NCBI GenBank assembly: GCA_051362555.1
Contig: CM120646.1
Location: 10,354,001-10,418,000, forward strand
Length of the DNA: 64,000 bases
Source: Lingula anatina
Lineage: Eukaryota; Animalia; Brachiopoda
Reading direction: 5' to 3'
Shown here: piece after piece, positions 13,952 to 26,500 of the stretch
How positions within the stretch are numbered: the first letter of the stretch is position 1
How the letters are laid out: each line of letters begins with the position of its first letter
The notes under the pieces: model-generated
Database searches by the model: none
Told to the model about the DNA's origin: nothing
What the model saw: only the letters and a program-made list of their open reading frames with translations
Translations under genes and position numbers: made by a program

Positions 13952-16900
13952 CATACTTGTGTGCTTATTTAATCAATCTATACATATTAGCCCCTAACTA
14001 GCTTTACATTATATTATAATAATTAGAAGTTATATGTAATTTATTTTAGCTTAACTATAAAGCTTGCATAAAATATCAGTAAATAAAATGTGCCTAAGAG
14101 ATAAATACGCATATCTGCCAGTACTTAAGAAAATATTTTAGACTGCCATACTTGTGACCTCATATTCTTTCTTTCTACAGTAAATTTTTCATGATTATAT
14201 GGTGAATCATAACAAAAATTAACAGTTGAATTTGGTCCCTCTGAAGAACTGGGTCGTTGCCAATGAAATGGAATTGGATGGAAATAATGTCTTCAGGAAT
14301 GTTATGTTTTATATTTATATATACATATATTCAAATATCGGAAAGCAGATGGAAAAGGTACCTTTCACAAGGAAAGGCAACACTGGAATAAAAACTCTCA
14401 GAACCCATCTGTGCTCAAAGACTGCTCACAACAACAACAACAACAAAATATTATTTGCTTAGGATTTACTGGCCTTTTCTGAAAATGTATTTGAGAGAGA
14501 GAGAGAGAGAGAAAGAGTTACCTCAACTAAGAAGCAATCTGTAAGGCCACCCTTTTAAGACAACTGTTTTGCATCCTACCAACATTTTTTCATAAGATTA
14601 ACCTTGGTTTTCACACCTAAATTTTGACATCGGATTTTTGGGGAAATGACCCATGTTTATAAAGATAAAAAAGAATATAAGGCCCAAAAAATAATGTCTC
14701 CATACATGAAAACTAAGACCAATTGAAAATATTTGCCTTTCAAAAATGTAAATACTTCAGCTATCTGCAAGCCAAAGTACCAATATGTCACTTCTGAGAC
14801 TTGTTGTTATCTTTTAATTGTTATGTTACAGAAACAATTTTATAGTAACAATTTATAACACTGCATCCATTGGCCTGTAGAAAATGCTAAAAACTGGGTG
14901 ACCTAAGCTGTTATAAACATGTCACATGTTAGTCCAGTATGTCTGTAATAGGCACTGAATATTAGGTTTGGTTAGCCTGAATCAGTATTAAAAGAGGTCA
15001 GCAGTCCTAATTCTAAATTTACTGGCAATATGCAGCATCATAACATAGTCATGATGCAGTCTCCAACTTTTTTTTTTATTCAGCATAAGCTGTGTTGTGT
15101 GTACTGATGTCAGTAGATTGGTACTCATTTACTGTCAGGGTTAACATGATCATATGGTCACTACCAAATACAGTCTTTAAGAGCATTCTTGAATTTGCCC
15201 AAGTTTGATACTTAAAAGGTACCACTGATGGCAGTTTAAAGCCTGCTTGATTATCATACAATAGTAACATTCATTTCATTCAACCTATTCAGCAAGAAAA
15301 TAGTTCCTCAGGTTATGTATATCAGTCCATAACTTATAATCTAATTGATAGCTTTAGCATTGTGCTTATATGCCTATATATGATATATATGTAATACTAT
15401 TGTAAGTAAATGTCTCTACTGGCCTTTTCTCAAGTACCGCTGGCCATTCCATTTTTCTGATCCATCATATTACCTGCAACATGAGCAAGGGGCCCAAAAA
15501 AAAGTTCGATGTCTGCCAAAGGATACTTCAGTATCCATACTTTAAAAGTCCACAGCATGTGATATGAATGACACTTCACTTTTCTAGCAAGATCAGTCTT
15601 GATAACTTTCACCGAGCAAAAAAAAAAACAAAACAAACTTGGTTAATTGCCATTCTGATATCCTCTTACTTAAAGGTACATACGAACCGAGCATCGGTGG
15701 AGTGTGGATTCCGAGTAACACATGTAAACCACTTCTACTAGATTCTTATATGACTCAAATAAATTCGACATGCCAAGGGATAAACTGAATAGATCACTCG
15801 ATCAGCCATAAAAGACCTTTAGACTGCTCCTTTCTTTAAATTTATGGTTGTAAATTTAACCTACTTCCGGGACCTACTTTCCTGCCCCATTGACATACAG
15901 CTTAGAATGCCAGCAGAAAAATCTGTTCAAACATCATTTTCGGGTAAAATTAAACAATGCCTTTTGGTAATTCTCTTAGTTATACTACATGAAACTATAT
16001 GCTGGCATTTGGTTGGTTTTTGTGATAAAAAATTGACTTTGTATGCATCTTTAAAAAAGTACATCTCATCAACAAATTGACTTCTTCCTATGGATCCTTT
16101 ATATGCTTTCAGGACTTTTCTCAACTTTTGTCTCCTAAACAAACGGCCTCAGTAAGCAAAGTGGGTAGCAGTGCTTATCATAAAAAGGACATGCTATCAT
16201 CCATTACAGGTACACTGACATTCCATCTTACACCCTTTTTCAATGCTTTGCACATGCCAATCCACTATTTCTGTACACCATGCCTCATCTCAGAGAAATT
16301 TTTATGTATAAACTACAGGTCAATTGTGGGAGAAAGGTGGACATTGGACAAATAGAAAAAAAATGCTGCCCTAAAAACGTATCATGTGGTTCCAGTAACA
16401 AAAAACAATTGTTGGTATTATAGACCAAGTTTTTAAACTCCAGGATTGAGTAATGTTCATGTTATCACAAGACAATGGGCTAAGTGAGTGGGACAAATGA
16501 TGGAAAAATTCTCTACCTTGCTCATCTGAACTTGTCCAATGATATGAACTGACCCTGGCCAGCAGTACCTGATGTAAACTATATACAGTACACCATAAGA
16601 TATTCAACACAAATGTTATATGAAAGAAAAAAAATAAAATAAGGGGAGTGCTCTTAAATTAATGCCTTAAACTTCAGTCGTAAAAATTTAGATTAAACTG
16701 AAAAAAATGAAGCCATAATCCAATGAATCATCAAGTTCAACTCTGCATATCAACTTGAAGCTAATAGCTATCAGAATTAAAAAAACTTAATTTTGATTAA
16801 GAATTGAACACATGACCAGACTATTACAAGGAATGATTCCACTCACACCTTCTGTAATCCTCACAAATCTAATTTAGATGAGATATATTTGGTAGTGACA

Positions 16901-18165
16901 CGTTTTCCAGAAACATTGTTTTTTTTAGATTGGTGAAGCTGATGGTTAAAACTGTCACTTATTTGAAAGCTTTGTCAGCAGTCAACTATACCTGCCAATA
17001 TACCATAATTGTGGTTTGATGTATCCAGTGACTATATGCTACCCCAAAATTTTACTTTGTCAGCAGAGGACTTAAAGCAGGGATTAAAATCCTTTGGAAC
17101 ATTTTTAGTCAATGGACACCGGGTTTCACTGTATGACTAAAAAAGTGTATTTTTGGATGGTTATCAAAAACAATATAAATATACCATTTTTAGATTAATG
17201 TAACCATCACTAACTGGCCTTGGCAAAAATACTTCTGGTTTGTACGAAAAATACAACTGCTTTTAAATCTTGATAAATTCTGTACGGGCAAAGATTTTAT
17301 ATTCAGTCTATATACACTGAAAAATGATGTAATATAAAATCAAATGTGTCTGTCTTATTAATAGAATCTTTAGCTTCAAGACAATGTCTGCAAGGAATGG
17401 AATATCTGAAGATTTTTTAAAATCAAAATTCACACACTCTGCCTCGCATTTTCATATACTTTATCAAAAATAAAAGTAAATGTCTTCATTTTCTGGTTCA
17501 GTACCAAAACCTCCAAAATTTAAATTATATCTTTGTAATTTTGTTTTTTATCATAATAAATAAAACCCTAATCTGAAGCACAAACAGAGCTTCTCATCTT
17601 GGAAGAGGTGTCTGCAGAAAACCTTTCGGCAATATGTCAACAGTCAAAGAAAAAGCTGACAACCTCTCTTTTCCATAATGGAAACTTACCAAAGCTTACA
17701 TAGGCACTGCATCTCTGATAAAGCAAGGCACTTAAAACTGACACTTAAATCACACTTAACCACTATAGCATTATCAATATTTCCCAATACACATGAACCA
17801 TAAGGCTAAAAAATGTCAAACACACAAGGTTAAATGTCGATACCAACGATTCATCAAAATAAAATCCATCAAACCTTCAATTTATAGAATGCAAGATATA
17901 TCCTCGAATGATTAGTTATTTAAATGTATAACAAATTGAACAATTAAATTGTTAAAGAAAGAGTCTACAATAGACATTCACACTTGACACTAAAGCAGGA
18001 ACAAAAAGTAAACCTTTCAAAATGAGCGAATAAAATTCTGAATGTACATAACTACTGACCTTATTATCATTTTTATTAAAGAAACTTTCAAACCTCCAAA
18101 AGGCACTTTTAATTTTTTTCTAAAAACTAAGATCATGTAATGACCTTGACCTTGGCCTCTCCCAC

Positions 18166-21100
18166 CTAGGTGGCACTGATTTGCTGAGCTTGCGGTGGTG
18201 ACTGTGGCCCATCTTGTGTATCCATATCTTCTGCTGCTGTGGGGAATACTGGCTGTTCCCTCTCAATGCCTGGAAACACTGGCTGAGAGTCAGGCACGGG
18301 AGTGGGAGGACCTTGTGATGATGAAGCCTCCTGGGACGAATCCCCGTCCATAGGTGCTAATTCTGGAGGCAATGGGGACTCGGCCTCCAATGGGCTCTCT
18401 GGTTCCTGCAGTCCTGCACCTGGGGTGTAGTCTTCAAAACCCTGCATGTAGCCCACAGCGTCTGGGCCAAGGTACTGATAGTGGTGGTTCATATAATCCA
18501 GGTCAGCATGCTTGAGGCGCATGTGTTTCTGCAGGTCTGCCTTGTAGCCAAAGGTCTTCACGCAGATGTGACATGTGAATGGGCGCTCCTTAGTGTGTGA
18601 ACGCATGTGCTCAACAAAAGTTGAGCGGAACCGGAACCGTTTCAGGCAATACTGGCACTGAAAATGTGCAATCCCAATTTGCTGGCTTCCAGAATTTTCA
18701 TGGATCACCAGGTGACGTTCCAGTAGACTCTGGAATTTGAAACGCTTGTGACATATGCGGCACTCATAGGGATATGTCTTGGACTGATCGTTGTTGCCTC
18801 TTTGCCTTACACGGTTGACATTGTGGTATTTCTGCATGTGCTTGTTATAGCTGCTGCTGAAAGAAAAGCCAGCATTGCACTGCTCACAGACGTAGGGCTT
18901 AGCTTGGGAGTGGACAGGCATATGTTTGCATAGATCCCCTTTATAGGAAAAGGCTTTGCTACACACAGGACATACGTAAGGCTTCTCCTTTGTGTGTGTA
19001 CGGATGTGCTCATTGTAGCGGCTCTTAAAGCGGAACTTCTTGTGACAGTACTCACACAGGTAGTATGGAATGGATTCGAGGTCAATACTTTTGTCGGCAT
19101 CCACTATATCTGGGTCATGGGTCAAATAGTGACGTTCCATCAGAGATTTCTGCTCAAACATCTTGCCACATATTGTGCAGCCAAATCCTTCATCCTCTCC
19201 ACCTTGGCCTTCTGTGCCCCCGTCCTTCTTCTCCGAACTCGAACCTACTGTTGATGGGGAGAGAGAAGCTGGGTTGCTGCCGTTCCCCTCACTCTGTTGC
19301 AAGACAGGTCCGTTACTGATACTGGAGTCCAGAGAAACAGGACTGGCATTAGGGAATGTATCATTTTTGTTGTTATTATTGTTGTTGTTGTTGTTGCTGC
19401 TGCAACGTTGTGCGTTTACATTGTCGGAAATAGATAAAGGAGCCGAACCACCTTGGCTGCTGCTGCTGCTGGTCTTCTTTTGTAGTTTCTGCTTCAGGCT
19501 AGCAATGGTTTGGTGCAGAGACTTGGAGCTGATGGCGGCTTTGCTGCTGCTCTTCTGACTCAAATCAAGACAGCCTTGATCATCCATCTCTTCATCCTGC
19601 TGCTGTGGTTGTTGTTGTCCAGCCTCGTAGACAGATTCCATGGGGCCATTGTGCCTGACACTATTGCCCTTCGGCTGATTCCCCTCTTCTTGCATATACT
19701 GACCCTCCTCGTCAGAAGTAGGCTCCTGCTTAATATCGATCACCAGATTGCTGTCAGCATCTGTGTCTGTAGAGAGGCTTCTATCCCTCCTATCCTCAGA
19801 CCCTGCATTGCTATGGTTACTGGAAGGCGGAAAGTGAGCAGCTTGCAAGTCATCTTTTTGACCCGACTGCCCACCACCCAAATCTTTCCTACGCAAATCC
19901 TGTGCCACAATTTCCATGCCCTCACCTCCTTCGCTTGCAGGACTGCCCCTGGCATTCATGGGAAAGTGGGGACTGTAAGGGGTAGGGCCTCTCAGATACA
20001 TATTCACTGGAAACATTACCTGGTCCACCTGGGCTCTGATCTGGGATGGGCTCAGCAAAGGTGGAGGCATCACATGAGGGGGTCTGTGCCCTGGTGAACT
20101 CATGGGGCTCATCTGACCCTGCTGCTGTTGTTGCTGACCTTGAGATGGTCTTCTCAAGAGGTCCCGAATGGAGCCATCTGTGGCACCACCACTCGCAGTG
20201 CCATCTGGTGACAGATATGATGGACTCACTGTCTGGCTGTTACGACGTCGACAAGAGGCACTGATGAGAGGAGGCGGTCCACCTGGTGGGCTGTGCATAT
20301 ACTGCCCAGAGACTGGGATGATGAAAGGCGGGTGACCCATGGGGCCTGGGAAATATGGCATCTGGAAGACAAAAATGTAGTGATGTGAATGTTGAGGCCA
20401 CTATACTCAACAACATGTGTCACATGTTATAATTCTTTCTTTGGGCAAATAAAAATATACTTGTTTTGACAATTTGGTAACATTTCTTTAGAAGCATTTT
20501 TCTAAATAATAAATCAAATGTTTCTGGGAATATCTCAATTTACTAAGGAAGATAAATGGCCAATTTTGTCAGTACTGGACACAAAACTGCGACATGTTCA
20601 TGCAGCATGTAAGATGTTCAGAAGGTATGATTTAAATGTAACTGTTCATGAACATTTTCAAATTCCATTTATTGAAACTGGAGCAAGTTTTTTTTTTTTC
20701 TAATATCAAAATCAAAGCATTATTAACAGACAAGCTATAGGGACAGACCTACAGTGTATATGAAGATACTGGCTGCCAAAATCCATATATAGGAACTAGG
20801 AATGTTTAAAAGGAAAAAGACGCCCCTCCACATCTGTGAACTCTCCTAGTGAACTGATATTTTTTACAAAATCCAGTAATTTTCTTAGCTTAATTTTCAC
20901 ATGAAAACCAGAATACCTCTTCTCTAAACAATTTACATTGGTCCCACTGAGCAATTTCAAAAACCACACCTACGCGTTTTTTTTTTTTTTTTGTATTTGA
21001 TTTCTTCAATTCTTCACAACAGACAACTAGTTTTTTGATACTCAATCCACAGGTGAATAAAAGCAACTCAATTCCTCAAAACGAGAGAAAATCATGATTC

Positions 21101-21965
21101 CAAAACAGATTTGGCAATAAACAGATAGTGGACATTCACTTGTGCCAAGTGAGAGGAATTAGGACCATGATGCAAAGTTAGATCATCTAGGGGAATTCTT
21201 CAAAATATCTCTGGTAAGTGACCAATCAGAGGCCTACAATTTTACAATAGTGAACAGTATACCTGCGGCGCTGGTCCCTGAGATGCCATGCCATTCTGTA
21301 GAGCTTTGCCTTGTGAGGTAGTCAAAGAGGAGGCTTCTACACCTGGGAATACACCAAGTTTATGAAAAATATAAGATAAGATCTTCATCACTGATATTTT
21401 CATTTATAATTTAGACAAAGGTCTTTTCATGCAAATTAAAAATTTTTATTATTATTATTTCAAAGTTAACATTTATTTTTTATTATTCAATCAATAGAAA
21501 TTTACAAAAGAGAATTAGCAACATTGAACAGATAAACAGGAATAACTCAAGGCGGCTAAGAATTTTTAAAAGAAATAAAAAATAGTTAATCAGATCAAAC
21601 CTTTAACACTTGATGCAAAAATAATAATAATAAAGAAAGAAAGAACGAAATAGCACAACTAATCCTTGTTAAAAGCCAAACCATCTCTTTTTATGTACGT
21701 TGGAAAATGTGCAGATAGACAAAACCCATCTTTTTTTCTTACCCCCTTCTGGACTCAGGCTACTAGTGCCAGGTTTACGCCCTGTCCCATTTCCCTTTTT
21801 CACTACTTCAGTGATCTGAACAATCTGGACATCGCCGCTGTCTGACGACACACACACAGTGCCTTCGATGACGAGGCATGCATGGTGACTGATCTGGTTT
21901 CGACACAGCTCTATAATAGCCTGGGTCATCAAATTTTTAATGTGTTTTTGCTTTTCCACAGTCAT
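18166..21965 (-). CDS. C2H2 zinc-finger transcription factor (7 fingers, ~832 aa) with a compact unnamed N-terminal domain
   Basis: Coding exons 21965-21743 (donor GGG|GTAAGA, phase 1), 21342-21263 (80 nt, phase 0) and 20361-18166 (acceptor TTCCAG) join in frame. Seven CxxC..HxxxH fingers with HTKEKPY/HTKERPF linkers. P/Q/S-rich linker carrying an IKQE SUMO consensus and a CLDLS CtBP-like motif. Confidence 0.92.
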
Positions 21966-23409
21966 TGTCTCAGGTTCTCCTCATCTCTTTCATAATGATC
22001 TGGAAATATAGAAAATACAGTGATTATGAATTATCTTTGTTTTGCCTTGCCACTGTTATATGTCTTGGCTTGTTGGCATTTCTATTCATTGAATTCTCTT
22101 CTGGAATAAAAGGCATGCAGAAACAGTGAAAATGGTCAGAATCATTTCATAAGTTTGACCACATATTATGTTAATATATAACGTACAAAAGACTGCACTT
22201 TTTTTCAATGTCCAATATTCAGTCCTATTAAATAGACTCATTCCTCATATTTTCGGAGATTCTTAATAATTTTCATTTCCATCGAAAAATATGCTTAAAT
22301 AAAATTGCATAAAATTAATGGAAGCCTTACTTTATTCAAAGCATCAGTTGGAGAGAGATTAGACGTTATGCTAAAAAGGGCATGATGTTCACTCAACTCA
22401 ACATTAACAGAAACAAATTAACTTCTAAATGTCTCTGAATCTAAATTGTAAACCTATTTGTTTAGCATGAAAAAAACATAATTGTCTTCCATTGGGTATG
22501 GCATTTTTTCCTAAATATATGCAGTCTCAGCCTCTCAGGTATAAATTTCACTGGCAGACTATCCACAAACAGGGAAATGGCCTACAGGTATGAAATCCAT
22601 CTTCACAAAAACTGACAGTGTCCCTCTTAGACACGAAAATCACATCAATGTGACAAAACCATATATAAAACCTTTTAATCTTATGACAAACCAGTAACAG
22701 ATTAAATTAAAAAAAAAAAAAAACCTGAATGTTAAGTATTTCCTGCCCCTAAACTTTCAAGGAAATGCTCAAGTTTAATCGAAAGAAAACACATTTGCCA
22801 CTGCCAAGCTGCGGGGCAAAGTACAGGATGTGTTAGATTAAACTATTGAAAATTGAAATTGAATTTTATTTGGTATGTCAGCCATATCCTTTTCCCCAGT
22901 TTGAGGTTTAAACATTTTTCTCTACATGGAGAATATGAAGTTTTCACAGTCAGCATGTATGCAAGTCAAAGTGTTAATATGTTGGTACACTGAAGTTATC
23001 CTCATCTCATTAAATGCTTTCACATCAACAAAAATTAAAATACTTTCCACTGATTGCAGCTAAGCCATCAGAGTTGCCAGCCAAACTTGAGGCCACTTGA
23101 GTGCACTGTACATTGCTAGATAATTTAAATTGGACAATTCAATGATTGTAATTGTGAGACTTTATTACATTTGCCTTGAATATATTGTTACAATGAAACT
23201 GTTTCAAGTTTGCATTTTCTGTTTCTGCTTCAACATGTCCAACTTGGCCTACTTCTTTAGTGGGGTTTATCTTTGTGGTGACAGATCATGAAATGGAGAG
23301 CATATCCTTACTGCATGTATTTACTCACTGTAATACATAAATAAATAATTGTTTTTACTGATGTAACCTTAGCAAAGGTCAACATACTCTGTAGTCTTCA
23401 AATTCATAA

Positions 23410-23585
23410 AAATTCACAGTAAAAATCAGAGAATGGTTTAACATTTTTCTTCTATCAAAAAAAAAAAAACATTTCTGGGTGAAAAACATTCACTTTAAAT
23501 TCTTCCAGTTCATAGAAATTAAAACTAAAATTCACAGAATGGTTTAACATTTGCTTCTCCAAACAAACCACATTTCTGGGTGAAC
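23410..23585. repeat. degenerate local duplication in ZF intron 1
   Basis: AGAATGGTTTAACATTT..CTTCT..CATTTCTGGGTGAA occurs twice about 105 bp apart. Confidence 0.7.
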
Positions 23586-26500
23586 TGTGATTACAAGCAG
23601 CAGGAAACCCAACCCCGCCACCAGGATGTCAGATAGTACTGAGGAAAACATACTGTAAGAAGACTCCACACCAACTTCAAGAAACTATTAAGTTGACAAA
23701 GCCTTTTTTTGTTTTGTTTTGTTTTAAATTTCATCTGTATTGATGGTATTCCACATTTTGATCATAAAATTTTAACACTTGTTGGTATAAATAAAGCATT
23801 CTTCATCTCATATTTTTATGTATATTTAAAATACGAAAGTTAAGTGACTGTGAGAGTGGAGGCCAGTGCTGGGAATAATACAATGCATTCCTGTTTTTTC
23901 AGTATCACAAAGCATTCTTCTTTACGTTTTGATACACAAGCTGGTGTTTGGAATACTACCATACAAACACAACCAAATAAGTTGGGAATACTATTGCATA
24001 TACAAGATCAAACAAGTCAGAAATACTACTACATTTACAAAACTAAATATGTTCCATTATACTTACGTTTTTGCACTACAAGCACCAACTGGCATGATAA
24101 ACTTGTAATTTCACAAATTTCAATATTTATCATCTTTTCTCTGGGGAATATGTTATTTACATTGAATAAGATGAATACCTACATTATACCTATCAAACGT
24201 TAACAGATCAATGACCCGAGGTCTCAGATGATTGATTTTCAATAAACACCTGTATAAATGTTATGATACTATTGATCACTAGATCACACAGATGGAAAAA
24301 AACCCCAATAGTTTAAATACCATGTCTCCGCATTTAATTCAGATATGGAACATAAGACCTTTCAATTATATAAGAACTGCACAGTTGCCATGTGTCAAAC
24401 TCCTCAATTTTTTTTAACATTCCAATTTTAAGCTATAAAAATAATAATAACAAATAACAGCAGTACATACCAAGACTTAATACATATGTATGACAAGTAA
24501 TTTATACAATCAATAATGTCAGTCACTGAACATTCACATTACTGGCATAATAAAACTTCTACCATGAAAATGTTTAATAGCTATCCCTGTCATTATCAGA
24601 AATATGCAAAGGCAACTGTATTTTTTTCAAGCACTGCTATAAAAGCTGATATGTAAAATGATAATATTCCTTGGTCATACTTTTTACTGTTTTTGACATG
24701 ATTATAATACATCCCACACTTGAAGAGCCACTGATTTATATGCCAGGCTCTGGATCGACTGAATAAGACAGCTGTAATTTTCATGTACAAATTTTAAAGT
24801 AAGGTTCACAGGAAAATCGGATACATACTCCTATTTTTATTTAACTGTTCTGTGTGATGAGAGATCCCTTTTACTTGCTTGATTGAACTTTTTATAGCCA
24901 ATGAGTGTTCCAATCTTTAACTTCAGAATTTTTATGACCAAATCACTCAAATACTTTGAACATTTGTTTTAATTATAGCTGTCTTCACTGCCTTCAGAAT
25001 CCAGCTCGGTAAAACATGAAAAAGTGAAAAATTTGTCTGGACACCTCCTCAACAGGTGGCAGCACTAAAGTAGATTGCCATGTGCAAAATAACAAGAACC
25101 AGGCATAAGAATACTTTCAAATCCCATTTGCAATGCAATTAGTGTAATTTGGTAAGTCCTGGAGTCTAAATACAAGTTTCAATTGGTCGATCAATGATCA
25201 ATTCCAATAACTATTGCCGAACTTACAAATTGATCTTCTGGGTCCTTGCTCTTTGTGCTCTTTCCCTGGTAATCAATGCAACATAATGGTAACGCAGGAA
25301 AACATGGGACAATTACTTGTATTTATGGGAAACGGTCATCGAATTTTTGGATGCTTAATATTCACATGCCCATTCCCTCTCCTTTTAATATAAGGACTTT
25401 GATTTTCATTCCATGTTAAAATATAGGCACTGATTCATGTACATGGACGCTAACTTTACCATTAATTCAAAACACAAAGAAAAAGGTATCAAAATTGGAA
25501 AGATAATCATTTCATCCAAAGATGAATTTCAGGAACAAAATTCCTGCACATGACTTCTTTAATGACTAACCAAACTAAACCTCAGATAATAGATAAAATT
25601 TCTTTTGTTTGTCTTTTCTGAATTATCTGAAATTTCAAATACCCCTTTGATTTGAAAAATAATATTAGAAAGTTCACGGCAATTTCCATCAAGATTTAAT
25701 GATCCATTTTTGTCTTTTTTTAGGCAAAAAACTAGGATATTTAGGTGTAACCAGAATATATAATCTCCATCCTCAACTCCCCCCCCTTCTCCAAATAAGC
25801 TCATTTTATGATCCAGACATTTAAGATTTATATGTAGCCCTTTGTTAAATAATACCAAGATGTCATCTCCCAGACACTAGAATTAATGTGAAAGTACACG
25901 GAACAGTCTAGCCAAAAGCATAGCATTAATTTTTGGACATATCCGCTGCATATCTTTATGGACTGTTTCACAAATTCCCCTTGCAAGATTTTCAATTTTA
26001 TTTTTGAATTCAAACTTCTCACTTATTGCTCATCATATCCTAGAGGCAGAAAACTAGTTGAACTCCCCCTGATTATTTCACATTAAAGGGTGCCCCTATA
26101 ACTTAAACCTGTGCTCTTAATGCTATGTAAAGGACCTGGTATGCTAGCCCCTTTGGCAGAGCTCTTAGCACCTGTATAGAAATTTTGAAAATGCTACACC
26201 AGTCCTCTTCTGAAGGTGTCACCATATCATTGAATAAACCTTTTGATATAACTGTTAATTTTTAAAGAAATAAATACATTTGCACATGCATAAACACACA
26301 CACACACACACACACACACACTGATGGCCAAACAAAAATAATAAAAAAAAATTTAAATTACATAGTACCCTCCCCCTCCAACAAACATTCACACTTCCTT
26401 ATATACTGAACTAGTGAACTTAGTTAAACTTCATAAGATTTAAAAATTAATAAAAAAAAACTGATGGTGGGCATTTTCTTTCATTTGTTAGCACAAAAGA

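Noticed and set aside
18748-20264. Several + strand ORFs of up to 195 aa
   Set aside because: Antisense shadows of the GC-richer zinc-finger exon.
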